Shown: positions 43,186-52,679 of the stretch, one piece after another
Layout: each line of letters begins with the position of its first letter
How positions within the stretch are numbered: position 1 is the first letter of the stretch
NCBI GenBank assembly: GCA_002862405.1
Contig: PKCZ01000162.1
Span: 2,296 to 66,295 of the forward strand
Direction of reading: 5' to 3'
Source: Pseudomonadota bacterium
GTDB lineage: Bacteria; Pseudomonadota; Gammaproteobacteria; Pseudomonadales; Halieaceae
Length of the DNA stretch: 64,000 nt
The notes under the pieces: model-generated
What the model saw: the letters and a program-made list of their open reading frames with translations, nothing else
Told to the model about the DNA's origin: nothing
Databases searched by the model: none
Position numbers and translations under genes: made by a program

Positions 43186-44678
43186 CGAGTAGTCGCCCTC
43201 ACCTCTCCGCACAGCCCCTCGACATATACAGAAACCAACTCAGCGGCATTTCCACCGCCGAAGATAACTCTGTCGGGACGAATCAAGACCGAGCTGTAAC
43301 CCTTATCGTCAAGCCACTGAGACACCAGATCCGAGAAGGAAGCGAGTGACGGGACACCTATGCCGGCAGCTCTCAATGTATTCCTATCGATACCGTCTGA
43401 TTCACCAATGAGCCACGCGCCCGGTCCGAATACATCGTCTGAGCGTTTTTTCTGGTGAGTAAACTGCGGAAACAACTCTCCCGCAATCTGGCTATTTTCC
43501 TGGAGTAAACCCGTAACTAACTTGGGATTGGGTATAGCGCCTGAAGCATCGCCGTTCGCTCGCCTTGTTTCAATCAAATTTTTGTCACGAGCCAAGGCCG
43601 CCTCAGGGTCAGTAACGCAAACCACTTTGCCCATCATGACCGCAAGATCGATCATCGCTCTGACATGTGGCTCGCGCTCCGTCTGGTAACTTGAGAGCAA
43701 AGACTTGTCAGCACGGCCCGCCAAAATTGCACCTAGCTTCCATGTTAGATTCTCAACATCTCTTATCCCTGAGCAAAGGCCCTGCCCTGCAAAGGGAGGC
43801 ATCAGATGCGCCGCATCTCCCGCAATAACGACTCCGTCATGCATCCATTGATTGGCAACTTTTGCCTCAAACGTATAGGTCGCTGTTCGCTCTAGCTCGA
43901 CCGCACCATCGACGTCCCAACCCGATAACAGGTTGGCCACAGAAGCCGGTGCCGATACCTCGTCCTCGTTCTCCTCAGCCTTGAGCATAAACTCCCAACG
44001 ATGTCGCCCGGCGCCCATGCGCACACTGGTCGTTGGCCTCTCTGGGTCACATATCTGCAGATTGTGTTGAGGCAACCGCGATGAATCGATTACTTTTGTA
44101 TCAATGACCAGCCAGCGCTCGGAAAAACCAAGATCGACGAGGGACATACCGGCATTGGCACGCACAGCACTGTTTGCCCCGTCGCAACCGATTAAGAAAC
44201 GGCAAGACATCTTTGAAGCCTTGCCTTGAGTGTCAAAGTGAACCGTGACGACGTCACCAGATGACTTGTGATCCCGGTAAGCAGCACCGAACCGAGCATC
44301 AACAAAATCACAAGCGGCCACCCGAGCTCTTAAAATCTGCTCTATTGATGGCTGGTGAATCATATTTGAGGGCGGCCAACCACTGAGCGCGTGGGCCCTT
44401 CCGGTATCGAATCTCATCAACACATCGCCTGATACGTTGAGGAACTCATAGCGTGTGGACACCTCAGAAGAAGAAGCCACCTCTTCAGCAACGTTGATCG
44501 ATTGAAAAATCCGCATAATCTCATGATCAATGTGTGCGGCTCGAGGCAGTGGAAACATCGAGCGCTCCTTTTCAAGGAGCAGCACCGAAATGCCTTGCTT
44601 AGCGAGCAAAAGTGCTGCAACAAGTCCTACCGGGCCTGCACCCACAACGACGACATCATAATCACGGGATGCCGTCAC
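43182..44678 (-). CDS. FAD-dependent aromatic monooxygenase (MhpA/PcpB-like hydroxylase)
   Basis: FAD motifs DVVVVGAGPVGL and GDAAHLMPPFAGQGLCSGIRD. Confidence 0.85.
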   Translation of the reverse strand: MTASRDYDVVVVGAGPVGLVAALLLAKQGISVLLLEKERSMFPLPRAAHIDHEIMRIFQSINVAEEVASSSEVSTRYEFLNVSGDVLMRFDTGRAHALSGWPPSNMIHQPSIEQILRARVAACDFVDARFGAAYRDHKSSGDVVTVHFDTQGKASKMSCRFLIGCDGANSAVRANAGMSLVDLGFSERWLVIDTKVIDSSRLPQHNLQICDPERPTTSVRMGAGRHRWEFMLKAEENEDEVSAPASVANLLSGWDVDGAVELERTATYTFEAKVANQWMHDGVVIAGDAAHLMPPFAGQGLCSGIRDVENLTWKLGAILAGRADKSLLSSYQTEREPHVRAMIDLAVMMGKVVCVTDPEAALARDKNLIETRRANGDASGAIPNPKLVTGLLQENSQIAGELFPQFTHQKKRSDDVFGPGAWLIGESDGIDRNTLRAAGIGVPSLASFSDLVSQWLDDKGYSSVLIRPDRVIFGGGNAAELVSVYVEGLCGEVRATTR

Positions 44679-44679
44679 C

Positions 44680-45516
44680 TCAGTGCTCTTGGGTGAGCGT
44701 GTTTTCGATATATCCGAGGCCGCTGATTTCCGTCTTTACCAAATCGCCCTCTTTCAAAAACTGCATAGGGTCCATTGCAGCACCAATACCTCCGGGCGTG
44801 CCTGTGAAAATCAGATCGCCGGGCTCGAGCGTCATGGCCTGACTTAACTCTGAAATCATGTCCCAGACGGTAAACACAAGATGTTCTGTATTCGAGTACT
44901 GCCGGCGCTCGCCATTTACGAAGCACGAAATCGTTAATGTGTGAGGATCGACCAGTTCGTCAGCTGTCGTGATCCATGGACCAATTGGAGCATGAGTATC
45001 GAAGCTCTTACCTAAACTCCACTGTGGACTCCTAAACTGCCAAGCGCGCTCGGTAAAATCATTGCCTACACAATACCCAAACACATGATTCGGGGCGTCT
45101 TCTACAGAGATGCATTTACCTGATTTACCGATCACCGCCACCAGCTCAGCTTCATAGTCAACGAGATTTGACACCTTCGGTATCAACACATTATCGAAGG
45201 GACCATTGATAGAAGTGACCGCCTTTGTGAACCACACCTGCCGCTCAGGCACCTCCATATTCGACTCTTCAATGTGGTCACGGTAGTTCAAACCAACAGC
45301 GAAAATTTTTCCGGGTCGAGCAATAGGCGCAAGCAGTGTCACATCATCCAGATCAATGCTCTGTGCCATCACGGCACTTGCAACCTTGGATTGAACGGCA
45401 GGCCAGTCAGCGGCGATCGTCTCTATGCTATGACCGTCGCTCAATGGAAACAGTTGATGCCCTTCAACCACACCCAACTTAGGCTTCGCGCCGTGTAAAA
45501 ACCTTGCGAATTTCAT
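44680..45516 (-). CDS. fumarylacetoacetate hydrolase (FAH)-family protein
   Basis: DYEAELVAVIG and IFTGTPGGIG motifs. Confidence 0.85.
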   Translation of the reverse strand: MKFARFLHGAKPKLGVVEGHQLFPLSDGHSIETIAADWPAVQSKVASAVMAQSIDLDDVTLLAPIARPGKIFAVGLNYRDHIEESNMEVPERQVWFTKAVTSINGPFDNVLIPKVSNLVDYEAELVAVIGKSGKCISVEDAPNHVFGYCVGNDFTERAWQFRSPQWSLGKSFDTHAPIGPWITTADELVDPHTLTISCFVNGERRQYSNTEHLVFTVWDMISELSQAMTLEPGDLIFTGTPGGIGAAMDPMQFLKEGDLVKTEISGLGYIENTLTQEH

Positions 45517-46448
45517 AACTCAGTCTCCTCAGCAGCTCTCATCAAAGGGTGGATATCCCCCCATTGAACACCCAATAAATCGTCGAGCGTCGCAACATTA
45601 GGCTGGTTTGACGCGACAAATCGATCGCCATCACTAAAGTGCTCGAGTTCGTGTCCCCAGGGATCTTTCCAATAATCAAAGACTTGACTCCCTAAAATAT
45701 GTCGCCCAACTCCCCAAGAGTGCTCACGACCGTTCCGACGCAGGTGATCGTGGCCGGTCATCAAATCGTCCACATCGGACACCTCAAACGCAGCATGGTT
45801 GAACGAAGGATCGCCCGGTGCCTCTAAAAGGAAGAGCGAGTGATGATCGGTGGCGGTATTCCCAACATTCAAACGCATAAAGGCGCCAATACTTACCCCT
45901 GGCTCCAACTCGATTTCGTCAGACGTCAAAAAGCCAAAGTGTAACTTGTACCAGGATTCTGACTCTCGAAAACTCGCCACATTGAGTACCACATGGCCAA
46001 GGCGCATCACGTGTGAGGGACCACTGAAACGACGCTTCGTCTCGGAAATTCTGTTAGTGACATTTGGATAGTTGATCTTTGGAGCAGATTGCTCACCCAA
46101 ACTTAGGGCCTCCCGACTCTCCGCGGTTACGGCTATCTCGTAGCCATCAGGGTCAGAAAGGAGGAGTGTTCTCCGGTGTTCCGTGTCATCAACCTTTTTT
46201 TGGGTCTGAAACGCAAGATGATCTAGCGCATCGTCATCAGGCACTTCGAGTCCGAACCCAACAAATGCCGGCGCCCCCAACTCAGTTATATGAATGCAAT
46301 CAGAATCGCCATGACCCGACATGCGAAGAGCCCGTGCATCTCGACTACTAAGCACAAATCCGAACTCGGTTAGAAAGTGTTGCATCCGATCGAGGTCAGG
46401 AGCTCTGAATTTTACCTTAGACAGTCGTGTAGCCTTCACGTGACTCAT
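45513..46448 (-). CDS. two-domain VOC-superfamily extradiol ring-cleavage dioxygenase
   Basis: 311 aa with metal-ligand contexts RLGHVVLNV, DHHSLFLL and GRHILGSQVFDYWKDPWGHELEHF, typical of type I extradiol dioxygenases. Its stop overlaps the FAH start as ATGA. Confidence 0.8.
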   Translation of the reverse strand: MSHVKATRLSKVKFRAPDLDRMQHFLTEFGFVLSSRDARALRMSGHGDSDCIHITELGAPAFVGFGLEVPDDDALDHLAFQTQKKVDDTEHRRTLLLSDPDGYEIAVTAESREALSLGEQSAPKINYPNVTNRISETKRRFSGPSHVMRLGHVVLNVASFRESESWYKLHFGFLTSDEIELEPGVSIGAFMRLNVGNTATDHHSLFLLEAPGDPSFNHAAFEVSDVDDLMTGHDHLRRNGREHSWGVGRHILGSQVFDYWKDPWGHELEHFSDGDRFVASNQPNVATLDDLLGVQWGDIHPLMRAAEETEL

Positions 46449-46524
46449 ATGTCCCCCTTTTTGTAGGCTTGATAGGGCAAAAACTAACTATCACGCGTCG
46501 CTTTATTATTTGGGTGAGGCCTGC

Positions 46525-47961
46525 TCATTTTTCCGGTGGATACACGGTAACCTCTGACCACGGTTCACGCGTTTCCTCTCCGCCAAATGTATCCCAAGGC
46601 TGATTCATATCAAAGACAACCTCATTTCGAGTTGGCTGATACTCCAGGCGCGCTCGCATTTGCCGTAAAACCTCGGGCGCCTCCTTTGCGAGGTTATTTA
46701 ACTCGCCCTCATCGTTTTCAAGATTAAACAAATACCAAGAATCACGCTGAAGAAGCTTGGGCAGTATTGGCAACGATGCCTCTTGCACAATCTTCCATGG
46801 CCAATCGATCATTGCCCTACTGCCAGCGATCGATACATGAATCGGTTGCTCGCGAGACTTGATGTCACCCCGGAGGACTTGAAGAAAGCTCTCCCCATCG
46901 ACGGTACCTATCTCGATATCAAGCATGTCCAACAAGGTGGGCATTACATCAGCCAGATGTAAAGGAGAGCGGTTAATGGATGCTCCCGCAATTGTGCCCG
47001 GCCAGGACACGACTGACGGCACTCGAATCCCTCCCTCAAAGACAGAGCCTTTGCCCTGACGAAGTGGTCCGTTATCACTGTAGCCATCTCGCAGTGGAGG
47101 TATGAGAAACTCCAATAACCAAGGCTTTGGAGCCGATCCACCGTTATCACTTACGAACATTATTAACGTGTCTTCTCGCAAACCTTTGCGATCAATGACA
47201 TTTAACACAGACCCTATCTCGCTATCGAGATGACCTATCATCCTCACCAGTGTCTCGCGACCGCTGTGCCCTCGACCGGAGCCGTCGGGCTCCTCCAATG
47301 GCGTGTGTGGCGCGTTAAAGGCTAGCAACATAAAAAAGGGTTGCTCCGTAGGCTGGGCCTCGACGATTCGGCGAGCCTCGGCTGCTAGTAACGAGGACGC
47401 GTGTCCGTCTTCGCGGATAGTCACTCCATTTCGCTGCCAATCTAAGCCACCGGAAAATACGTGATCAAAGTAACCAATGCCGCCGTTCAAGTGACCATAA
47501 AATGAATCAAAGCCACGCGCCGTCGGTAACAACCTCGGATCTCTCGAGCCAAGATGCCATTTACCGACTAAATGTGTGCTGTAGCCTAATTTTGATAAAA
47601 ACTGGGGTAGCAGAGGGAGTTCTACGGGCAATCCCTTTTCCGAGGTGTGCGTTACGGGTGCGTGCACACCATGCGATCTTGAAAATAAGCCAGTGAGTAG
47701 CGACGCGCGTGACGGGGAACAGGTTGGATTGGCATAAAATTGGTCCAATCTCACACCGCTGTCGGCTAGCGCGTCGATGTGCGGGGTACCGATAGTCGGA
47801 TTGTGGTAACCCACATCGTGCCAACCGAGATCATCAACCAAGATTATCAAGATATTCGGATAAACCTGACGATCGCTACTAGCGAGAGTCGTTTCCACGA
47901 ACAATAGCGCAGTTGCGGCAAGGGCTAGAAACGCAACCAAAGATTTCTGCAGAAGTCTCAT
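46525..47961 (-). CDS. formylglycine-dependent sulfatase (arylsulfatase family), secreted
   Basis: CSPSRASLLTG signature with an upstream DDLG metal motif. The signal peptide begins at ATG 47961. Confidence 0.9.
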   Translation of the reverse strand: MRLLQKSLVAFLALAATALLFVETTLASSDRQVYPNILIILVDDLGWHDVGYHNPTIGTPHIDALADSGVRLDQFYANPTCSPSRASLLTGLFSRSHGVHAPVTHTSEKGLPVELPLLPQFLSKLGYSTHLVGKWHLGSRDPRLLPTARGFDSFYGHLNGGIGYFDHVFSGGLDWQRNGVTIREDGHASSLLAAEARRIVEAQPTEQPFFMLLAFNAPHTPLEEPDGSGRGHSGRETLVRMIGHLDSEIGSVLNVIDRKGLREDTLIMFVSDNGGSAPKPWLLEFLIPPLRDGYSDNGPLRQGKGSVFEGGIRVPSVVSWPGTIAGASINRSPLHLADVMPTLLDMLDIEIGTVDGESFLQVLRGDIKSREQPIHVSIAGSRAMIDWPWKIVQEASLPILPKLLQRDSWYLFNLENDEGELNNLAKEAPEVLRQMRARLEYQPTRNEVVFDMNQPWDTFGGEETREPWSEVTVYPPEK

Positions 47962-48081
47962 AAGTGATCCCTCAAAGTCGAGCAATATCGGACGTTTGCG
48001 ATAACCTCTCAGTCAGTTCATTGATTAAAGCAGATGTCGGTCCCCGACGACTGCGCTACTTCTCAAATTCCAGCTCTCGCC

Positions 48082-48909
48082 CTATTTCCCCTCAAAGACA
48101 GGGGCGCGCTTCGCAATGAACGCTTCGACCGCGTTTTTGTGATCTGCCGTTCCACCACAATGGATATGGTGTGACGCCTCTAGATCCAAGCAATCGTGGA
48201 CATCAGCCGAGGTCAGTGCTCGCGCCAAGTTCTCCTTCATGTAACTAAACGCAACCGTCGGGCCAGTCGCCAGCTTCTGAGCAATTTCTGTTGCGCGCTC
48301 TTCTAGATCCTCGGGCGCAACGACCCAATTGGTCAAACCCAAGCGCTCGGCCTCTTCGGCCCCAATGCGTTCGGAGAGAAAGTAGAGTTCTCGGGCCTTT
48401 GCTGTGCCTACCAGCTGTGACATAAACAAAGTGCCACCGTAATCACCGGAGAAACCCACTTTGGAAAACGCAGTGGTCATGAAAGCTGTGGACGACATAA
48501 TGCGGAGATCGCAGGCCAGCGCAATGGACAACCCTGCGCCTGCGGCGGGGCCCGGGATAACAGCGAGCGTTGGCTTGGGCATTTTGTTGAGCCGACCACT
48601 GGTTGAGCGCTGATTCAATCGCTGCCGGTGTATCAGTGTCTCCAGAGGACTGGCTGCCCCCTTGGTATTCACATCGGACATGGCCTTCACGTCGCCACCC
48701 GCGCAAAACGCATTGCCACTCCCGGTCACCACCACGCAGCGAACATCAGGATTAATTTCCGCATCACTGAGCTGAGCCCCGAGCGCTTGAAGCAAATCTC
48801 CCGACAGGGCATTACGTGCCTCCGGACGATTGAAGGTCAGCGTCAACACGCCCCCAGTGAGGTTGGCAAGTAAGTGGTCTGTTCCTGTTTCGATCATTCG
48901 TTGAGTCAT
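48082..48909 (-). CDS. enoyl-CoA hydratase/isomerase (crotonase) family protein
   Basis: GNAFCAGGDV oxyanion-hole motif and a length of about 275 aa. Confidence 0.85.
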   Translation of the reverse strand: MTQRMIETGTDHLLANLTGGVLTLTFNRPEARNALSGDLLQALGAQLSDAEINPDVRCVVVTGSGNAFCAGGDVKAMSDVNTKGAASPLETLIHRQRLNQRSTSGRLNKMPKPTLAVIPGPAAGAGLSIALACDLRIMSSTAFMTTAFSKVGFSGDYGGTLFMSQLVGTAKARELYFLSERIGAEEAERLGLTNWVVAPEDLEERATEIAQKLATGPTVAFSYMKENLARALTSADVHDCLDLEASHHIHCGGTADHKNAVEAFIAKRAPVFEGK

Positions 48910-48937
48910 ATCGCCTCCCGGTGCTTGCTAGAGAAAA

Positions 48938-49684
48938 TTAGTGTGAGCGAAAGTTAAACTCCACGCCACAGACACTCACAACATGGTCGTGGCGCTCGAG
49001 GCCCATATCATCAGCAGCGGCGCATATGGCGGGCAGATCAACCGCGTCAACATCAATCGCCATGAGCGCAGGTTCAGCAGCAGCCGCATCGTGCTCGAAA
49101 CGTATTTCTGTTCCGCCCATTTCCAAGCGCCACCCGTTGCCTGCCGGCATTAGCTCAATGCCATAGGCTTCAGCCCAGCAAAGGCCTGTTGCTTTTGGGT
49201 CGGGCGACCTTATTTCCACGGCCAGGATGCTACGAACATAGCGCCCCGCGCGCTGCTCCCAGCCATCACCGGCCCACAACCAGGACTCGGGAGGGCTCAT
49301 TTCATCGAGCGAGGGAATCGCGCCGGGAACATCCTTGGGGTGCAGGTGAATGGCTTTCGCGTTCCCGCGGTCATCAGCAAACACCGTGCGTATGGCAGTA
49401 TCCGCTAAGCGCACTTGCTCCTGAGCCAGGTTATCGACCTGCACAATAACCATGTAGCCACCGTCACCACCGCGGCGATCAAGAAAACGACCGGCAGCCG
49501 TATTGGGCTGCACCGGGCTGACAACCTCGAGAAAGCAGTCACCCAATGTATAGAGTCGATTGTCTAGCCCAAAGTAGATGATCTCTGGGTCTGCGTAGGT
49601 CTGATCACAGCCTAATAAACGGCGGAATGTTTTGTCGGTTTCCTCTAAGTTTGAGGCCGCTAGGGCTACTTGTCTTATTTTCAT
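48938..49684 (-). CDS. VOC/glyoxalase-like domain protein
   Basis: The N-terminus MKIRQVALAASNLEETDKTFRRLLG is typical of glyoxalase-like domains. ATG 49684. Confidence 0.6.
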   Translation of the reverse strand: MKIRQVALAASNLEETDKTFRRLLGCDQTYADPEIIYFGLDNRLYTLGDCFLEVVSPVQPNTAAGRFLDRRGGDGGYMVIVQVDNLAQEQVRLADTAIRTVFADDRGNAKAIHLHPKDVPGAIPSLDEMSPPESWLWAGDGWEQRAGRYVRSILAVEIRSPDPKATGLCWAEAYGIELMPAGNGWRLEMGGTEIRFEHDAAAAEPALMAIDVDAVDLPAICAAADDMGLERHDHVVSVCGVEFNFRSH

Positions 49685-49894
49685 AGTTGGACCCCCCACT
49701 CGTCATTAAACAATACTTGCAATGCGAATGATGCTTTGACGATATATTGCTTTCGGTGTAACTGTAGCATCAGTAACAAAAGTAATTAGCAGGTCTTCCG
49801 TTTTCTCTGGTTGACTATTGATCGGCTTACACCGCGATATGTGAGACCGTGCGCAATCAGAAAATGTTACCCCGCGTGCTTACAGGTAAATGAC

Positions 49895-51391
49895 ATGTCG
49901 AAACGAGATGAGCCAAGTCGAAGAGGTGCCTTTTACCGATTCCTAGGGATTACCTTTCTCCTGCTAGCGAGTTCCATGTGTTTCAGCAGGTCTCTACCCA
50001 ATATCGTCCTGATATTGACGGATGATCAAGGATACGGAGATCTTGGCGCCTTCGGAGCCACCCACCTGGCAACACCCAATCTCGACGCACTTGCTGCCGA
50101 TGGCGTGCGCTTTACCAATTTCTACTCCGCCTCTTCCGTTTGCTCGCCGTCCCGCGCCGCACTGCTGACTGGAAGCTACCCTTTACGAGTGGGCATACCC
50201 AATGTGCTTTTCCCAAATGGGGCGTGGGGAACCAACCCAAATCGCGGACTGCACCCAGACGAAGAGACCATCGCTGACTTATTACAAACAAAAGGCTACG
50301 CCACAGCCATGGCAGGAAAATGGCACTTAGGCCATCGGCCAGACCTTCTCCCGACAAGACAAGGTTTTGATGATTATTTTGGGATTCCGTTTTCAAACGA
50401 CATGACAATTGCTCCGTCTATGAAATTGGCATCAAATATTCAATTCAATAGCGGCTGGACAGTGGATACTATCCGAGACATTCAAGCACAAGCTAACGGC
50501 AGCTACCCGCCGCTCATGAAGAACCAAGAAGTGATCGAAGTGCCTGTGGCACAGGACACGATGACACGACGGCTCACAGATTATGGCGTGAGTTTCATCC
50601 GCTCTAACGCTGGCAAGCGACCCTTCTTTTTATACTTCGCCCACTCTATGCCTCATGTGCCACTGCACACTGACATCAACTTTAAAGGGATATCAGGAAA
50701 AGGGATCTACGCCGATGTCATTCAGGAAATTGATTGGTCCGTTGGACAGATAGTATCCGCCTTATCTCGACACGGAGTCAGGGATAACACGCTGATTTTT
50801 TTCTTATCCGACAACGGGCCGTGGCGATCTTACGGTAATCATGGAGGCGATAGCGGTGGGCTACGGGGCGGCAAGTTCGACGTATGGGAAGGCGGATTTA
50901 GAGTACCGGCCATCGCATCTTGGCCAGCGCGAATACCGCGAGGCAAGGTAAATAACCACATTATATCTACCATCGACATCCTCCCGACCCTCGCATATAT
51001 CGCGGGAACTAAACCGTCGGGGCGAAGGATCGATGGGGTCAATATCATTGAGTCACTCTCGGGTGGTTTCACTGATGAGCTGGGTAGTCGACATCTTTAT
51101 TATTTTTTAGGCTCACAACTCGCGGCAGTAAGAAAGTCGCAATGGAAGTATGTGTTCGAGCATACGGGGCATGCCGTCCTGGAGCCGGGGGAAGATGGTG
51201 AAAACGGTAGGTCAGACTTTTCAGTTGAAGTAAAAGAGGCGCTCTATGACCTCAGCAGAGATCGTGCGGAGTCAACTAACCTGATTGAGCGCCATCCCTC
51301 AGTTGCATCTGCTCTTCGAGCGGCAGGACTAAGCTTCGCGACGAAACTGACAGCTGGTGCTCGCCCCTCGGGTGTAGACTCTTCGAATTGA
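49895..51391 (+). CDS. formylglycine-dependent sulfatase, secreted
   Basis: CSPSRAALLTG signature and TDDQGYGD. The signal peptide begins at ATG 49895, whereas the track start at 49811 adds 28 residues. Confidence 0.9.
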   Translation: MSKRDEPSRRGAFYRFLGITFLLLASSMCFSRSLPNIVLILTDDQGYGDLGAFGATHLATPNLDALAADGVRFTNFYSASSVCSPSRAALLTGSYPLRVGIPNVLFPNGAWGTNPNRGLHPDEETIADLLQTKGYATAMAGKWHLGHRPDLLPTRQGFDDYFGIPFSNDMTIAPSMKLASNIQFNSGWTVDTIRDIQAQANGSYPPLMKNQEVIEVPVAQDTMTRRLTDYGVSFIRSNAGKRPFFLYFAHSMPHVPLHTDINFKGISGKGIYADVIQEIDWSVGQIVSALSRHGVRDNTLIFFLSDNGPWRSYGNHGGDSGGLRGGKFDVWEGGFRVPAIASWPARIPRGKVNNHIISTIDILPTLAYIAGTKPSGRRIDGVNIIESLSGGFTDELGSRHLYYFLGSQLAAVRKSQWKYVFEHTGHAVLEPGEDGENGRSDFSVEVKEALYDLSRDRAESTNLIERHPSVASALRAAGLSFATKLTAGARPSGVDSSN

Positions 51392-51404
51392 CGATGTGCA
51401 CTAC

Positions 51405-52427
51405 TCAGCTTTGCTTGAGGCTTGAAGTAGAGTCCCTAACAATCAGTTGATACTCAACCTTGGTCTCACGGCTAGCGACCTCTCGATCACGCAACTGACT
51501 TACCAACATAGAGACGGCTATCTTCGACATCTCGTCGATCGGTTGGCGTACCGTCGTCAGTTGCGGCCATATCATCGTCGCCGTCGGGCTATCATCGAAA
51601 CCCGCAACGGAAATATCGTCGGGTACTATAAGGTTACGTTTCATGGCCGCGGTCATCACACCAGCCGCCATTTCGTCATTACTGGCAAAAATGGCTGTCG
51701 GTGCTGAATTTAGCCGGAGTAACTGTTCACCGGCATGAAGACCTGACTTGAAGGTATAGTCACCGTCAACGATAAAATCACTTCGTCTGCAAAGTCCTGA
51801 GTTTCGTAAAGCGCGCTCGTAACCCTTCAATCTCTGTCCTGTCGTTGAAGTCCTCGCCCGCCCTTTTACAAAGGCGATATCTGTGTGGCCCAGTTGTATC
51901 AAATAGTCCGTCATTGCCGCCGCAGCTGCCTCATCATCGATGCTCGGGCGATTCACTAGGACATTGTTATTGGGGCCAATGCCAACATACGGTGTACCAA
52001 ATTCATCGAGTATCGACAGCACATCATCTAGATCACAAATGGGTGGCGGAAGCACAATGCCATCGAGGTTCGACTGAATTACTAAGCGTTTTATATTTAC
52101 GACGATATTTACGTCATCAGTGCGGATCGGTTCGACAACTAAGTTATATCCTTCCGCCCGTGTCTGCTCGGTTGCCCCTCTCAGCAAATCGACAACATAG
52201 CTAGAGTTGGGGTTATCAAAAACCAAACCAATCAGAAAAGATCGAGCGCCCACAGACGCCCGAGGTGCAACTCCTGGGCGATAGCTCACCTCGTTCATCG
52301 CATGTTCAACTCGCCGTCGCGTTTCTTCTCGAACATTAGGCTCTTTCCGAACAACCCTAGATGCCGTCTTCAAAGAAACGCCAGCAACCTCTGCTACCAG
52401 CGCTAAGGTCGATTTATTCCTGATCAC
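51405..52427 (-). CDS. LacI-family transcriptional regulator
   Basis: N-terminal HTH TLALVAEVAGVSLKTASRVV plus a periplasmic-binding-protein-like sugar-sensor domain. Confidence 0.9.
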   Translation of the reverse strand: MIRNKSTLALVAEVAGVSLKTASRVVRKEPNVREETRRRVEHAMNEVSYRPGVAPRASVGARSFLIGLVFDNPNSSYVVDLLRGATEQTRAEGYNLVVEPIRTDDVNIVVNIKRLVIQSNLDGIVLPPPICDLDDVLSILDEFGTPYVGIGPNNNVLVNRPSIDDEAAAAAMTDYLIQLGHTDIAFVKGRARTSTTGQRLKGYERALRNSGLCRRSDFIVDGDYTFKSGLHAGEQLLRLNSAPTAIFASNDEMAAGVMTAAMKRNLIVPDDISVAGFDDSPTATMIWPQLTTVRQPIDEMSKIAVSMLVSQLRDREVASRETKVEYQLIVRDSTSSLKQS

Positions 52428-52556
52428 TTACGATGCTCCATGTGAACGAGACCCACACTTTACTCCCGATCGGATGAGCGGTGTTAACCCGAAGTCAAAA
52501 GGAAGTTGTGATCTATGTCTGCCACAAAAGATGGGGTCGCGTTATTTTTTGCATCG

Positions 52557-52570
52557 TGACAATATTGTCA
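52557..52570. promoter_or_regulatory. perfect 14-bp palindrome TGACAATATTGTCA, candidate LacI-family operator
   Basis: It lies in the divergent region between the LacI gene (start 52427) and the lipoprotein/TonB-receptor operon (start 52680). It has the TG-N10-CA architecture of LacI-family operators. Confidence 0.45.
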
Positions 52571-52679
52571 TTACTCTACGTTGCAAATAACCATAAATTG
52601 ATAACAGCCAATCAGGGCGCATTACGTTTGCCCAAATAGACATAAGTTCAAGATCGGCTGAAATTGGGGCCTAGCTGCT

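Noticed and set aside
49738-49752. A second LacI-type operator upstream of the sulfatase at 49895 (TGACGATATATTGCT resembles half of TGACAATATTGTCA).
   Set aside because: Only one half-site matches and the symmetry is broken by an extra base. That is not enough to call an operator.
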